Part shown: piece after piece, positions 32,595-41,131 of the stretch | Layout of the letters: the number at the start of each line of letters is the position of its first letter | Numbering within the stretch: the first letter of the stretch is position 1 | Origin: Gemmatimonadales bacterium | GTDB lineage: Bacteria; Gemmatimonadota; Gemmatimonadetes; Gemmatimonadales; GWC2-71-9 | Assembly: GCA_035328285.1 (NCBI GenBank) | Contig: DAOLIZ010000003.1 | Location: 1-48,503, forward strand | Direction: 5' to 3' | DNA length: 48,503 bases | The notes under the pieces: generated by a model | The model's input: only the letters and a program-made list of their open reading frames with translations | Told to the model about the DNA's origin: nothing | Databases searched by the model: none | Program-made: the position numbers and the translations under genes

Positions 32595-33940
32595 GCGACC
32601 GCGGCCTCCTCGTCCCGCGCGATCCGCTGGCCCTCCCCGACGTCCACCTTCCCCAGCAGGGCGCCCCCCACCAGGAAGAACACCACCACCGAGAGCAGGG
32701 CCGCCCGGCTCGATCCGGTCATCAGGATCGCCACCGAGAACATGGCCGGTCCGAGGATCCCCGCAAATTTCTCGAACACCGCGAAGAACCCGAAGAACTC
32801 CCCCGACAGATGGCGCGGCACCATGCTCGCGAAGAGCGAGCGACTCAGCGCCTGGACCCCACCCTGGACCATCCCGACCAGGACGGCCAGCACGATGAAA
32901 TCCCGGTCACTGCGCATGAAGTACCCCAGCACACTGATCCCGAGATACGTGGCCAGCCCGACAAAGATGGCCGGGCGGGTGCCGACCCGTTTCGCCAGCC
33001 CGCCGAACAGGTAGGCGAAGGGGACGCCCACAAACTGCACGAGGGCGATGGCCGCGATCATGGTGGTGCGGGTGATCCCGATTTCCGCGCCGTAGATGGC
33101 GGCCATCCGGATGATGGTGCCGACGCCGTCGTTGTAGATCAGGAACGCCAGCAGCAGCAGGAATGCCTGCCGATAGCCCCGCAGCTTCCGGAACGTGGCG
33201 CCGAGGCGGCGGAAGGAGGCGCGCACCGCGCCCAGCCGGGCCTCCTCGGCATCGAGGGCGCGCCCCGGCGGCTCGGGCACCCGCCGGAAGAGGGGAACGC
33301 TGAAGCCCGCCCACCAGAGCGCCGTGAGGATGAAGGTCAGGCGCGTGGGCAGTGTCGTCTGGCTGGGCGTGAGCCCCTCACCGGCGGGGAGCCCGAAGAC
33401 CGCCGGGGCCATGACGATGGTCAGGCAGGCGAGCAGGAAGAGCCCGCCGCCCAGGTAGCCGAGGGCGTACCCCGCAGTCGAGACCCGGTCCATCTCTTCG
33501 GGAGCGGCCACGTGCGGGAGGAGTGAATCGTAGAAGACGAAACTGCCGTTGACACCGATGTTGGCCAGGATGAACAACCCCGCCGCGAACAGCCACTGCC
33601 CGTGCCGGATGAAGAACATCGCCGCCACGGCGCTCGCGCCGAGGGCCAGGAACGCCCCGAGCAGTCGCTTCTTGGCGGCCGAGTGATCGGCGATGGCCCC
33701 CAGGATCGGTGACAGCACGGCGATGATGGTCAGCCCGATCGTCGTCGCGATGCTGAAGCGGGACGTTGCCTCCGTCGCGGGCATCCCGTCGGCGGCCACC
33801 GCGGTGAAGAAGATCGGGAAGATGGCGGTGACGATGACGACGTACATGGCCGAGTTCGCCCAGTCGTACAGCATCCACGCCCGGACGGCCGGGCGGTCCA
33901 GCGAGAGCTGGCTGGCCAGCCGCCCGACCCAGGTGCTCAT
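32591..33940 (-). CDS. MFS transporter, UMF1/Atg22-like family
   Basis: Internal ATG at 33940 overlaps the SDR stop (ATGA). WMLYDWANSAMYVVI N-terminal signature, 449 aa, polytopic. Confidence 0.85.
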   Translation of the reverse strand: MSTWVGRLASQLSLDRPAVRAWMLYDWANSAMYVVIVTAIFPIFFTAVAADGMPATEATSRFSIATTIGLTIIAVLSPILGAIADHSAAKKRLLGAFLALGASAVAAMFFIRHGQWLFAAGLFILANIGVNGSFVFYDSLLPHVAAPEEMDRVSTAGYALGYLGGGLFLLACLTIVMAPAVFGLPAGEGLTPSQTTLPTRLTFILTALWWAGFSVPLFRRVPEPPGRALDAEEARLGAVRASFRRLGATFRKLRGYRQAFLLLLAFLIYNDGVGTIIRMAAIYGAEIGITRTTMIAAIALVQFVGVPFAYLFGGLAKRVGTRPAIFVGLATYLGISVLGYFMRSDRDFIVLAVLVGMVQGGVQALSRSLFASMVPRHLSGEFFGFFAVFEKFAGILGPAMFSVAILMTGSSRAALLSVVVFFLVGGALLGKVDVGEGQRIARDEEAAVA

Positions 33941-34734
33941 CGTGTCTCCCGCGGCCTGGAGAAGCGGCTGGCGACCGAAGCGTTGAGGCGCCGCGGCGTG
34001 AAGCGGGTGGACCATGCCAGGACACGCGGCAACCCCCCGGACATGTGATGGCCGGCGTTCCTGCCATAGGCGCGAAGGCCGGCACGCGCCACCGCGGTGG
34101 GAGACTGCATCCCGAAGATGGCCGGCGGCGGGCGCATCCCCGCCCTGTCAAAGAACCGCGAGTCGACCGGCCCGGGGCAAAGGCAGGCGCATCGGACCCC
34201 CGTGCCACGCAACTCGATGTTGAGCGCCTCGCTCCACGCAAGCACGTACGCCTTGGTCGCAGCGTACACCGACAGCCTCGGCATCCCCTGGAAGGCCGCC
34301 ACACTGGCGATGTTCAGCACACCCCCCCGCCGGCGCTGCACCATACCCCGCAGCAACCGCAGGGCGAGTTCCGTGGTGGCCCGCACGTTCAGGTCGATCA
34401 CCGTCAGCTGGGCGTCCACCGGCGTCCCGATGGCGGGCCCTTCCACGCCGGCCCCGGCGTTGTTGATCAGGTGGTCCACCTCGATGCCGTCGGCCTCGAG
34501 GCGCTGCAGCAGCGTGGTGACCCCTCCCTGGGCTGCGAGGTCGAGCGCCATGGGCACGACGGCCGCGCCTCGGTTGCGGGCCCTGGCGGCCACTGCCTCG
34601 AGCCGGGCCTGGTCGCGCCCCGCGAGAACCAGTCGCGCGCCGGTCGGGGCCAGTTCCGCGGCGAACGCGGCGCCGATGCCGCTCGAGGCGCCGGTGATCA
34701 GGACCGTGGTGTCCGCAAAGAGGGCGGGGGTCAT
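33937..34734 (-). CDS. SDR-family oxidoreductase
   Basis: 265 aa from the ATG at 34734 (ATGA overlap with the terC-like stop). TVLITGASSGIG, NNAG, YAATK. Confidence 0.85.
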   Translation of the reverse strand: MTPALFADTTVLITGASSGIGAAFAAELAPTGARLVLAGRDQARLEAVAARARNRGAAVVPMALDLAAQGGVTTLLQRLEADGIEVDHLINNAGAGVEGPAIGTPVDAQLTVIDLNVRATTELALRLLRGMVQRRRGGVLNIASVAAFQGMPRLSVYAATKAYVLAWSEALNIELRGTGVRCACLCPGPVDSRFFDRAGMRPPPAIFGMQSPTAVARAGLRAYGRNAGHHMSGGLPRVLAWSTRFTPRRLNASVASRFSRPRETR

Positions 34735-35663
34735 CTGGGCTCCCTGGCAGCGGTCCGGGTCTTCCGCATCGAGACGACGACCGACAGGACAAGAATGGAT
34801 AGGATGACGCCGAGCGAGACGCCGATGGGCACGGGCAGCACGCCGTTGATGAGCATCTTGACGCCGACGAACACGAGGATGAGGGCAACGCCAGGCTTCA
34901 GGTACTCGAACCGGTCCATCATGCCCGCGAGCACGAAGTACAGGGCCCGCAGCCCGAGCACCGCAAAGACGTTGGAGCTGTACACGATGAAGGGGTCCCG
35001 GGTCACCGCGAAGATGGCGGGGATGCTGTCGATGGCGAAGACGAGGTCCGACCACTCCACCATGAGCAGGACCAGGAGGAGCGGCGTGGCCATCCATCCC
35101 GCGCGGGTGCGGGTCAGGAACCGCTGGCCATCGTATGCGTTGGTCATGGGGATGAGGCGCCTGGCCGCCCGCACGAGCGGGTTGCGCTCCGGTTCGATCC
35201 GGTCTCCCGCGCCGCGGAACATCCGGATGCCGGTGAGGACCAGGATGCCGCCGAAGACGTAGATGATCCAGTGGAACTGGACCAGGAGGAGGGCGCCCAG
35301 GCCGATCATCATGCCGCGCAGCACCAGGGCGCCCAGGATGCCCCACTTCAGGATCCGGGGCTGCAGTTCGGCGGGCACGGCGAAGTACTGGAAGATCAGG
35401 AGGAAGACGAAGAGGTTGTCGACGCTGAGCGAGAGCTCGATCACGTAACCGGCATAGTACTCGAGCGCGGGTTTGGTCCCCTCCCGGAGCCAGAGGAAGG
35501 CACCGAAGAGCAGCGCGATGGTGACCAGTCCGCCGCTCCAGCCGATCGCCTCCCGGAAGGCGAGAACATGGGAGCGCCGGTTGAGGACGCCGAGATCGAG
35601 GGCCAGGAGGCCGGCGATCAGCGCGGTGAAGCCGAACCAGACCTCGGGACTGTGGACGCCCAC
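34731..35663 (-). CDS. TerC/Alx-family integral membrane protein
   Basis: 310 aa. YVIELSLSVDNLFVF and DLVFAIDSIPAIFAVT motifs. The GTG start immediately follows the moeA stop. Confidence 0.9.
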   Translation of the reverse strand: MGVHSPEVWFGFTALIAGLLALDLGVLNRRSHVLAFREAIGWSGGLVTIALLFGAFLWLREGTKPALEYYAGYVIELSLSVDNLFVFLLIFQYFAVPAELQPRILKWGILGALVLRGMMIGLGALLLVQFHWIIYVFGGILVLTGIRMFRGAGDRIEPERNPLVRAARRLIPMTNAYDGQRFLTRTRAGWMATPLLLVLLMVEWSDLVFAIDSIPAIFAVTRDPFIVYSSNVFAVLGLRALYFVLAGMMDRFEYLKPGVALILVFVGVKMLINGVLPVPIGVSLGVILSILVLSVVVSMRKTRTAAREPR

Positions 35664-36914
35664 TCAGAATCCCGGTTCGGCCTGGTGCACCGGGTCCTGC
35701 AGCAGCAGCGCCGGGACACGTTCCCCGACCGCGGTCTCGTGGCGCCCCTCGGCCATGACCAGCAGCGCGTTGGCACGCACCATCGAGGTCAGGATGCCGG
35801 AGCCCTGCGGTCCGGTCAGCCTCGCCTCCGGCCCCGTCGACGTCTCGGTGATGATCGCCCGAAGGAAGTGCTGCAGGGTGGGGCGCAGCGTGATGGCCTC
35901 GGCGGTCCGCACGGGCACGGTACGCCGGAAGGGCAAGCCATGTCCCGCCATTGCCCGGATCGCCGGACGGACGAAGAGCTCGAAAGTCACCATCGCGCTC
36001 ACCGGATTGCCGGGGAGCCCGATCCACGGGATCCCGAGCACCTGCCCGAAGCCGACGGGGGCCCCGGGTCGCATCCGCAGCTTCCAGAAATCAATCGCTC
36101 CCCCCAGGCCGGCCACCGCAGCGCGGAGGTGATCGTGCTCGCCGACGCTGATCCCGGCCGAGGTGACCAGGAGATCACATTCGGGTGCCCGGGCCAGGTG
36201 CGCCCGGACGCTTTCGGGAGTGTCGCGGGCGATTCCGAGCGCCAGGGGCACCCCGCCGGCCAGGCGAACGAGGGCATGGAGGGAATGACTGTTCGAGCTC
36301 GCGATCTTCCGGCCGCTGAGGATCGCTTCCGGCTGGTCGACATCCACAATCTCGTCGCCACCGCCGAGGATGCCCACCAGCGGCCGCCGAAAGACCAGCG
36401 GGTGGGCCACCGCCATCGACGCCAGCACGCCCAGCTCGGCGGCTCCGAGCTCGGCGCCGGCCTCGAGGACCGTGGCGCCTTTGCGGATGTCCTCGCCGGC
36501 GAGGCGGATGTTCACGCCGGCGTCGCGGTCGTTCCGGATGGCCACGCGCTCACGGCCCAGGTCGGTGTCTTCCTGGCGGATGACGCTGTCGGCGCCGGCC
36601 GGGAGCGGGGCGCCGGTGAAGATCCGGGCGCACTCGCCGGGGGCGATGGTGCGGGTGGGGAACTGACCGGCCGGGATCTGTTCCACGACCCGCAGCTGGA
36701 CCGGCCGAGCGTCCGTGGCGCCGCGGACATCCTCGCCGCGGGCCGCGTAGCCGTCCATGGCCGAATTGGTCCAGGCGGGCAGGTCCAGCGGGCTGACGAC
36801 GTCCTCCGCCAGCACCGCGCCGAGGGCGTCGTCGAGCGGAAGGCGCAGCGTCGGCTGCCGGGGTACTGCCGCCACGATGCGGAGCGCGGCCTCCCGCGCG
36901 GCGAGCGCGTTCAC
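35664..36914 (-). CDS. moeA: Molybdopterin molybdotransferase
   Basis: GTG at 36914 overlaps the mobB stop (GTGA); alternative ATG at 36941. SPLDLPAWTNSAMDGYA, GGVSVGEHD-like ISVGEHD, PGNPVSA. Confidence 0.9.
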   Translation of the reverse strand: MNALAAREAALRIVAAVPRQPTLRLPLDDALGAVLAEDVVSPLDLPAWTNSAMDGYAARGEDVRGATDARPVQLRVVEQIPAGQFPTRTIAPGECARIFTGAPLPAGADSVIRQEDTDLGRERVAIRNDRDAGVNIRLAGEDIRKGATVLEAGAELGAAELGVLASMAVAHPLVFRRPLVGILGGGDEIVDVDQPEAILSGRKIASSNSHSLHALVRLAGGVPLALGIARDTPESVRAHLARAPECDLLVTSAGISVGEHDHLRAAVAGLGGAIDFWKLRMRPGAPVGFGQVLGIPWIGLPGNPVSAMVTFELFVRPAIRAMAGHGLPFRRTVPVRTAEAITLRPTLQHFLRAIITETSTGPEARLTGPQGSGILTSMVRANALLVMAEGRHETAVGERVPALLLQDPVHQAEPGF

Positions 36915-37441
36915 GGGCCGATGATCCGGGCCCCGTCCCATCCGATGTTGGCCAGGAACTGGAGCCACATCGTATCGCGGAAGCGGAGCACCCGGCAATC
37001 GGCCTCCAGGTCCTCGTCGGTCACGATGGCCAGCCACTGCCCGGCCGCGGGCGAGCCGGGGTCGAAGATCGGCTGCTTGGCCGCCACGCCGCGGAAGACC
37101 TCGATCTTCGGCAGGGGATGTGCGGTGAAGCCCTCGACGAGGACGATGTCGGCGCCGTCAAGGTATCGACGCGCGAGCGCGACGGGGTCCTGGTCATCGG
37201 GGGCGCGTTCGAAGAGCACCCGAAGGTCAGGCGAGGCAACCAGCACCCGCTCGGCCCGCCCCTCGTGGAAATGGCGGTAACTGTCGGTCCCGGGGGTGTC
37301 CACGGTCGCGGGGTGACTGGCGTGCTTGATGGTCATGACCCGTTTGCCGCGCCGGACGTACTCGGCCGACAGCGCCACGGCCAGCGTCGTCTTGCCGGAG
37401 TTCTTGCGGCCTACGATTGAGAGGATGCGAGTCGCCGCCAC
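36911..37441 (-). CDS. mobB: Molybdopterin-guanine dinucleotide biosynthesis adaptor protein
   Basis: 176 aa. Walker A IVGRKNSGKTTL, then KHASH...DTPGTDSYRH. Confidence 0.9.
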   Translation of the reverse strand: MAATRILSIVGRKNSGKTTLAVALSAEYVRRGKRVMTIKHASHPATVDTPGTDSYRHFHEGRAERVLVASPDLRVLFERAPDDQDPVALARRYLDGADIVLVEGFTAHPLPKIEVFRGVAAKQPIFDPGSPAAGQWLAIVTDEDLEADCRVLRFRDTMWLQFLANIGWDGARIIGP

Positions 37442-38022
37442 AGCGCGTCCGCCTGGGTGAGGTCGTCCTGGGAATTCACGTTGAAAAAGAGGGTGGAGGG
37501 GTCGCCGAAGGCGGCGACCGTCTCTGCAGGGAGGATACAGGTTCTCACGGCGGAGTGGAAGGAGATCGCCCGGAGGTCGCCGGCCGCGATGGCCGATCGG
37601 ATGGGGGGTTCACAGGCGGGACCGTACCCGGCACACATCGGCTCGACCCCGCGGCGCCCTCCGCTGGCCGGGAGGACGGCATCGGCGCCCGCCAGTTCCG
37701 CAGCCAGCCGCCGAAGGAGGGACGCCGGGACGAAGGGCATGTCCCAGGCAACGCAGACGACCGGCGCGGGGGCCGCGCTGATGGCGGTCAGGAGGCCCCC
37801 GAGGGCGCCTGCCCCAGGGTGGACATCGGGCATGACCTCAAGCCCGGTGTGCCACGTCGCGGCGTCGGGGTCGTTCGCGATCAGGAGGGGGCGCGCGCCA
37901 AGCGCCTGCAGGAAGCGCTCGACGAGAAGGTCGAGTATGCGGACGCCGCCTACGGTTTCGAGCCCCTTCGGACGGCCCCCGAACCGGGTGGCACCGCCGC
38001 CCGCGAGGATCGCGCCCCGCAC
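37411..38022 (-). CDS. mobA: Molybdenum cofactor guanylyltransferase
   Basis: GAILAGGGATRFGGRPKGL and VCVAWDMPFV motifs. GTG at 38022 preferred; the longer TTG start at 38067 is possible. Confidence 0.85.
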   Translation of the reverse strand: MRGAILAGGGATRFGGRPKGLETVGGVRILDLLVERFLQALGARPLLIANDPDAATWHTGLEVMPDVHPGAGALGGLLTAISAAPAPVVCVAWDMPFVPASLLRRLAAELAGADAVLPASGGRRGVEPMCAGYGPACEPPIRSAIAAGDLRAISFHSAVRTCILPAETVAAFGDPSTLFFNVNSQDDLTQADALWRRLASSQS

Positions 38023-38038
38023 CGGGGGGTGGTCGGGG

Positions 38039-38851
38039 TCAGTACCGATGGCCGCGCTTCTTTTCAAGCACGATGTCCGCGCCGAGTACGATGCTCCACA
38101 GGTTCTTCCAGTCGTTTACGATCACTGGATCAACCACGCCGGGGCTGGTGGCCCCCGCCACCGTCGCGATCTGCACCAGGTTGTCACGCACTTCGGCGCG
38201 GAGTTGCCAGCCCTTGCCGAGGATGGTCGTGAGGCCGGCGCCGAACACGAAGCCCACCGTGATGCGCGAGTTGGATGGGTCTTCGTACACGACGTAGCTG
38301 AAGTCCTGGGAGGTGCCACGGGCCGAGTCCGTGACGCTGATCGTTCCCGTCGTGGTGATGGGGTCGAGATTGCTGAAGAGCAGCCCCACCTGCCCGCGGA
38401 TGTACGGCGAGATGGGTTGGTTGGCGCCGACGCGAAACACCGGGCCGAGGGTCACGAGCACCGCGGAACTCGATTGGCTCTTGCCGTCGATGCTGGCGCA
38501 GACCTGCTGGGTCCGCAGACTGGGAGAGGCGCTGGCAATGCTGCACCCGTCCTCGGTCCCGATGCCCGTGAAGAACACCTCGCCGGCGAGGCCCAGGGCC
38601 GGCTTGGGGAAGTACATCCCGGAGAAGATCACCCCGATTCCGCCGCTGATATTGCGATCGAGATCGATCTGGTCGAATCCGATTCCCGGCACGAGGATCG
38701 GCTGGTCGTTGACGGACCAGAGGTCGGTGCCCGGCGTCCAGGCCAGGCCCATGTTGAACAGGAGACGGGCTTCGTCCTCGGTCTTCTGGGCATCTGCTGG
38801 CTGAGCGATGGCGAAGGTTCCCAATACCAACAGCACGAGTGGTGCTCGCAT
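38039..38851 (-). CDS. Outer-membrane beta-barrel protein (hypothetical)
   Basis: Signal peptide MRAPLVLLVLGTFAIAQPADA, alternating Gly/aromatic beta-strand pattern, C-terminal ...LEKKRGHRY. The ATG overlaps the upstream stop by 1 nt. Confidence 0.7.
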   Translation of the reverse strand: MRAPLVLLVLGTFAIAQPADAQKTEDEARLLFNMGLAWTPGTDLWSVNDQPILVPGIGFDQIDLDRNISGGIGVIFSGMYFPKPALGLAGEVFFTGIGTEDGCSIASASPSLRTQQVCASIDGKSQSSSAVLVTLGPVFRVGANQPISPYIRGQVGLLFSNLDPITTTGTISVTDSARGTSQDFSYVVYEDPSNSRITVGFVFGAGLTTILGKGWQLRAEVRDNLVQIATVAGATSPGVVDPVIVNDWKNLWSIVLGADIVLEKKRGHRY

Positions 38852-39267
38852 CACACCCCCAGCGAATGGTGGTCAACGGCGAGGCAGCGGTCCATCACGA
38901 CGGTGATGCCGGCGTCACGCAGTGTCCGTGCGGTCGCTTCGTCCTCGACCCCCAGCTGCATCCAGACCAGTCGGGGTCGCACCTCAAGGATCTCGTCGAG
39001 AAGCGCGGGGACGAACTCCGACCGGCGGAAGATATTGACGATGTCGATCGGGCCGGTCGCAGCCGCCGACCGGAGATCGCGATGTACCGGTTCTCCCAAG
39101 GTGACGCCGCCGGCGGGGTGGACTGGCACAATCTCGTATCCCTGCCGCTGCATGTATGCGGACACGCTGTGACTCGCCCGGTGCGGCTTTCGGCTCAGGC
39201 CGACCACGGCGATACGCCGGGACGTCCGCAGGATCGTTCGCAGTTCCTCGTCGCTGGGCGTCGTCAC
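38851..39267 (-). CDS. CoA-binding domain protein (YccU/YneT-like)
   Basis: GTG at 39267 overlaps the fdhD stop (GTGA), 138 aa. IAVVGLSRKPHRASHSV...GYEIVPVHP...IDIVNIFRR. Confidence 0.8.
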   Translation of the reverse strand: MTTPSDEELRTILRTSRRIAVVGLSRKPHRASHSVSAYMQRQGYEIVPVHPAGGVTLGEPVHRDLRSAAATGPIDIVNIFRRSEFVPALLDEILEVRPRLVWMQLGVEDEATARTLRDAGITVVMDRCLAVDHHSLGV

Positions 39268-40043
39268 GGCGGGCCAAGACCCGGACGATGCAGTTGGGGC
39301 GTGCCGCTCACGGCACGGCCCACGAGCACCATGCCTGAGCGGCGCGCCACCTCGACCGCCAGCGTGGACGGCACCGAGGGGGTGGCCACCCAGGCAAGCT
39401 CGGCGCGGGCCGCCTTGAAGGCCAGCTCCGCCGAGATCCGGCCGGTGACGAGGAGGCCCAGCCCGGTGACGGATCGCCCCGCCAGCAGGGCCGCCCCCAG
39501 TACCTTGTCCACGGCGTTGTGCCGCCCGATGTCTTCGGCATGATGGAAGAGGGCCGCGCCATCGGTCAGGGCGGCGGCGTGCACGCCGCCGGTGTCCTCG
39601 TACCGTGCCCCGCGCGCAAACAGCTCCCTGAACCGTTCCCGCATCGCGCTCGCCTCGGGAGGGTCGCCCCTCGGCGGCTGGGTCGGCACGGAGGCGGGGT
39701 CGGCAAGGAAGGTGGACACGGCGCCGCATCCTGAAGCCAGCACCGGGCGGCGTCGCTCGGCCGCCACCGCCGCCAGCCGCGCCTCGGAGATCTCTGCCCA
39801 GAACCCGAGGTCCGTGGCACAGGGGCGGAGATGCACCTGGTCCACCGCCGTGATGTAGCCCTCGCCGTGGAGCCACCCGAGCACCAGCTCCTCGAGCAGC
39901 TCCGGCGTGCACATCCACGTGACCGTCGGGACCCGGTTGACCTCCAGCCAGACGGGCACCTCCTCGACGGCCACGGGCGCCGAGCCCCGGCCTCGCCGGC
40001 GGGCCGGCGGATTCGGGTCACTCAAGTCCGGTGCACTCGGCAT
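39264..40043 (-). CDS. fdhD: Formate dehydrogenase accessory sulfurtransferase FdhD
   Basis: ASGCGAVS active-site Cys loop and EDIGRHNAVDKV. ATG at 40043 (26-nt overlap with the upstream gene). Confidence 0.9.
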   Translation of the reverse strand: MPSAPDLSDPNPPARRRGRGSAPVAVEEVPVWLEVNRVPTVTWMCTPELLEELVLGWLHGEGYITAVDQVHLRPCATDLGFWAEISEARLAAVAAERRRPVLASGCGAVSTFLADPASVPTQPPRGDPPEASAMRERFRELFARGARYEDTGGVHAAALTDGAALFHHAEDIGRHNAVDKVLGAALLAGRSVTGLGLLVTGRISAELAFKAARAELAWVATPSVPSTLAVEVARRSGMVLVGRAVSGTPQLHRPGLGPP

Positions 40044-40440
40044 GCAACGTATCGTCCTCGGCCACGCGCACTCGCGCCAGGGTGAGACCGGGCGGCAACC
40101 GCGGGGCAATGCGGGCAAAGAGCCAGCGGGCCAGCGCCTCGCAGGTAGGGAGGGTCACTCCCGGGGCGAAGTCAGGCAGGTCCCTGTCAATATGCGTGTC
40201 GTGCAGCGGTTTGACGACTTCCTCCTGCAGGAGGCGGTCGAGGACGGGGAGATCGACGACCGACCCCGACACTGGATCGAAGGGTCCGGTGACGGTGACG
40301 GCGCAGCGATAGTGATGGTCGTGACCGGGAGGGTCGGCCAGCGCGCCGAAGGCGGCGCGGTTCTGCGCGGGGGTCCAGTCAGGGCGCCAGTAGCGGTGCC
40401 AGGCGTGAAAGCCGACCGTGCGCGTGAGTGAGACCGCCAT
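40018..40440 (-). CDS. 6-pyruvoyl-tetrahydropterin synthase / QueD-family protein
   Basis: 140 aa. FHAWHRY, PGHDHHYRCAVTVTG, GSVVDLPVL, PTCEALARWLF. PTPS-fold motif order. Confidence 0.8.
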   Translation of the reverse strand: MAVSLTRTVGFHAWHRYWRPDWTPAQNRAAFGALADPPGHDHHYRCAVTVTGPFDPVSGSVVDLPVLDRLLQEEVVKPLHDTHIDRDLPDFAPGVTLPTCEALARWLFARIAPRLPPGLTLARVRVAEDDTLHAECTGLE

Positions 40441-40455
40441 CGGCGCCTCCCTGGG

Positions 40456-41127
40456 TCAGAACGAATACCCGAAGCCGACTTGGTACCAGACGTTCGAGAG
40501 GTAGTTGTTGATCGCGTACGACTGGATGATGCCGGTGATGTCGTCGTAGTACGGCGGCGGATACGCCAGCCGCCAGAACGCGCCGCGGATCTCCGCGCGA
40601 AGGAAGGAGCGCTGGTTGACGAAGAAGCGGGTGCCGGCGAACGGCGCCCAGTAGAAACGGCCGCCGAAATCGTAGGCGTCCGGTCCCTCGGTCGAGCTGC
40701 TCCGCCAGGCGTAGCCGAGCCCGCCGCCGATGTAGGGGGCGAGACCATGCCAGGTCTTCCCCCCGGTGAACGTGTACTGGACGTCGGTCTCGAACATCCA
40801 GACCGGCGAGGGGAGGGTGCCGCTCACGGTGAGCTTGTTGTCCTGGTCACGGAAGACGCGTGCGCCCACCAGGTCGGCGTACTGGACCGCGAAGGAAAGC
40901 TCGAGCGGACCGCTGACGCTGAAGCCAAACCGTCCGCCGTAGGCGGGGCCATCATGGGGGCCGAGCCCGAGCTTGCCACCGCTGCCGCCGATATACCCGA
41001 AGAGGGCCGTCAGTGACGTTCGCTTGGTGATATCCCGGTAGGGGGACTGGCTGGGCGGGTACCCGACTTGCGCATGGACCGGCTGGGCCGCCACGAGCAG
41101 GGCGAAGAATGCGAAGGCATGGCGCAT
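40456..41127 (-). CDS. Outer-membrane beta-barrel protein (hypothetical)
   Basis: Signal peptide MRHAFAFFALLVAAQPVHA, Gly/Tyr-rich strands, canonical OMP terminus WYQVGFGYSF. Confidence 0.75.
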   Translation of the reverse strand: MRHAFAFFALLVAAQPVHAQVGYPPSQSPYRDITKRTSLTALFGYIGGSGGKLGLGPHDGPAYGGRFGFSVSGPLELSFAVQYADLVGARVFRDQDNKLTVSGTLPSPVWMFETDVQYTFTGGKTWHGLAPYIGGGLGYAWRSSSTEGPDAYDFGGRFYWAPFAGTRFFVNQRSFLRAEIRGAFWRLAYPPPYYDDITGIIQSYAINNYLSNVWYQVGFGYSF

Positions 41128-41131
41128 GCGG

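Noticed and set aside
35664-35700. yybP-ykoY (Mn2+) riboswitch, which usually lies upstream of TerC/Alx genes.
   Set aside because: The terC-like GTG directly abuts the moeA stop codon, so there is no untranslated leader in which a riboswitch could reside.
39264-40043. FdhD implying a nearby selenocysteine formate dehydrogenase, SECIS element or recoded UGA.
   Set aside because: No formate dehydrogenase or other molybdoenzyme ORF exists in the window, and no in-frame TGA-interrupted large ORF was seen.
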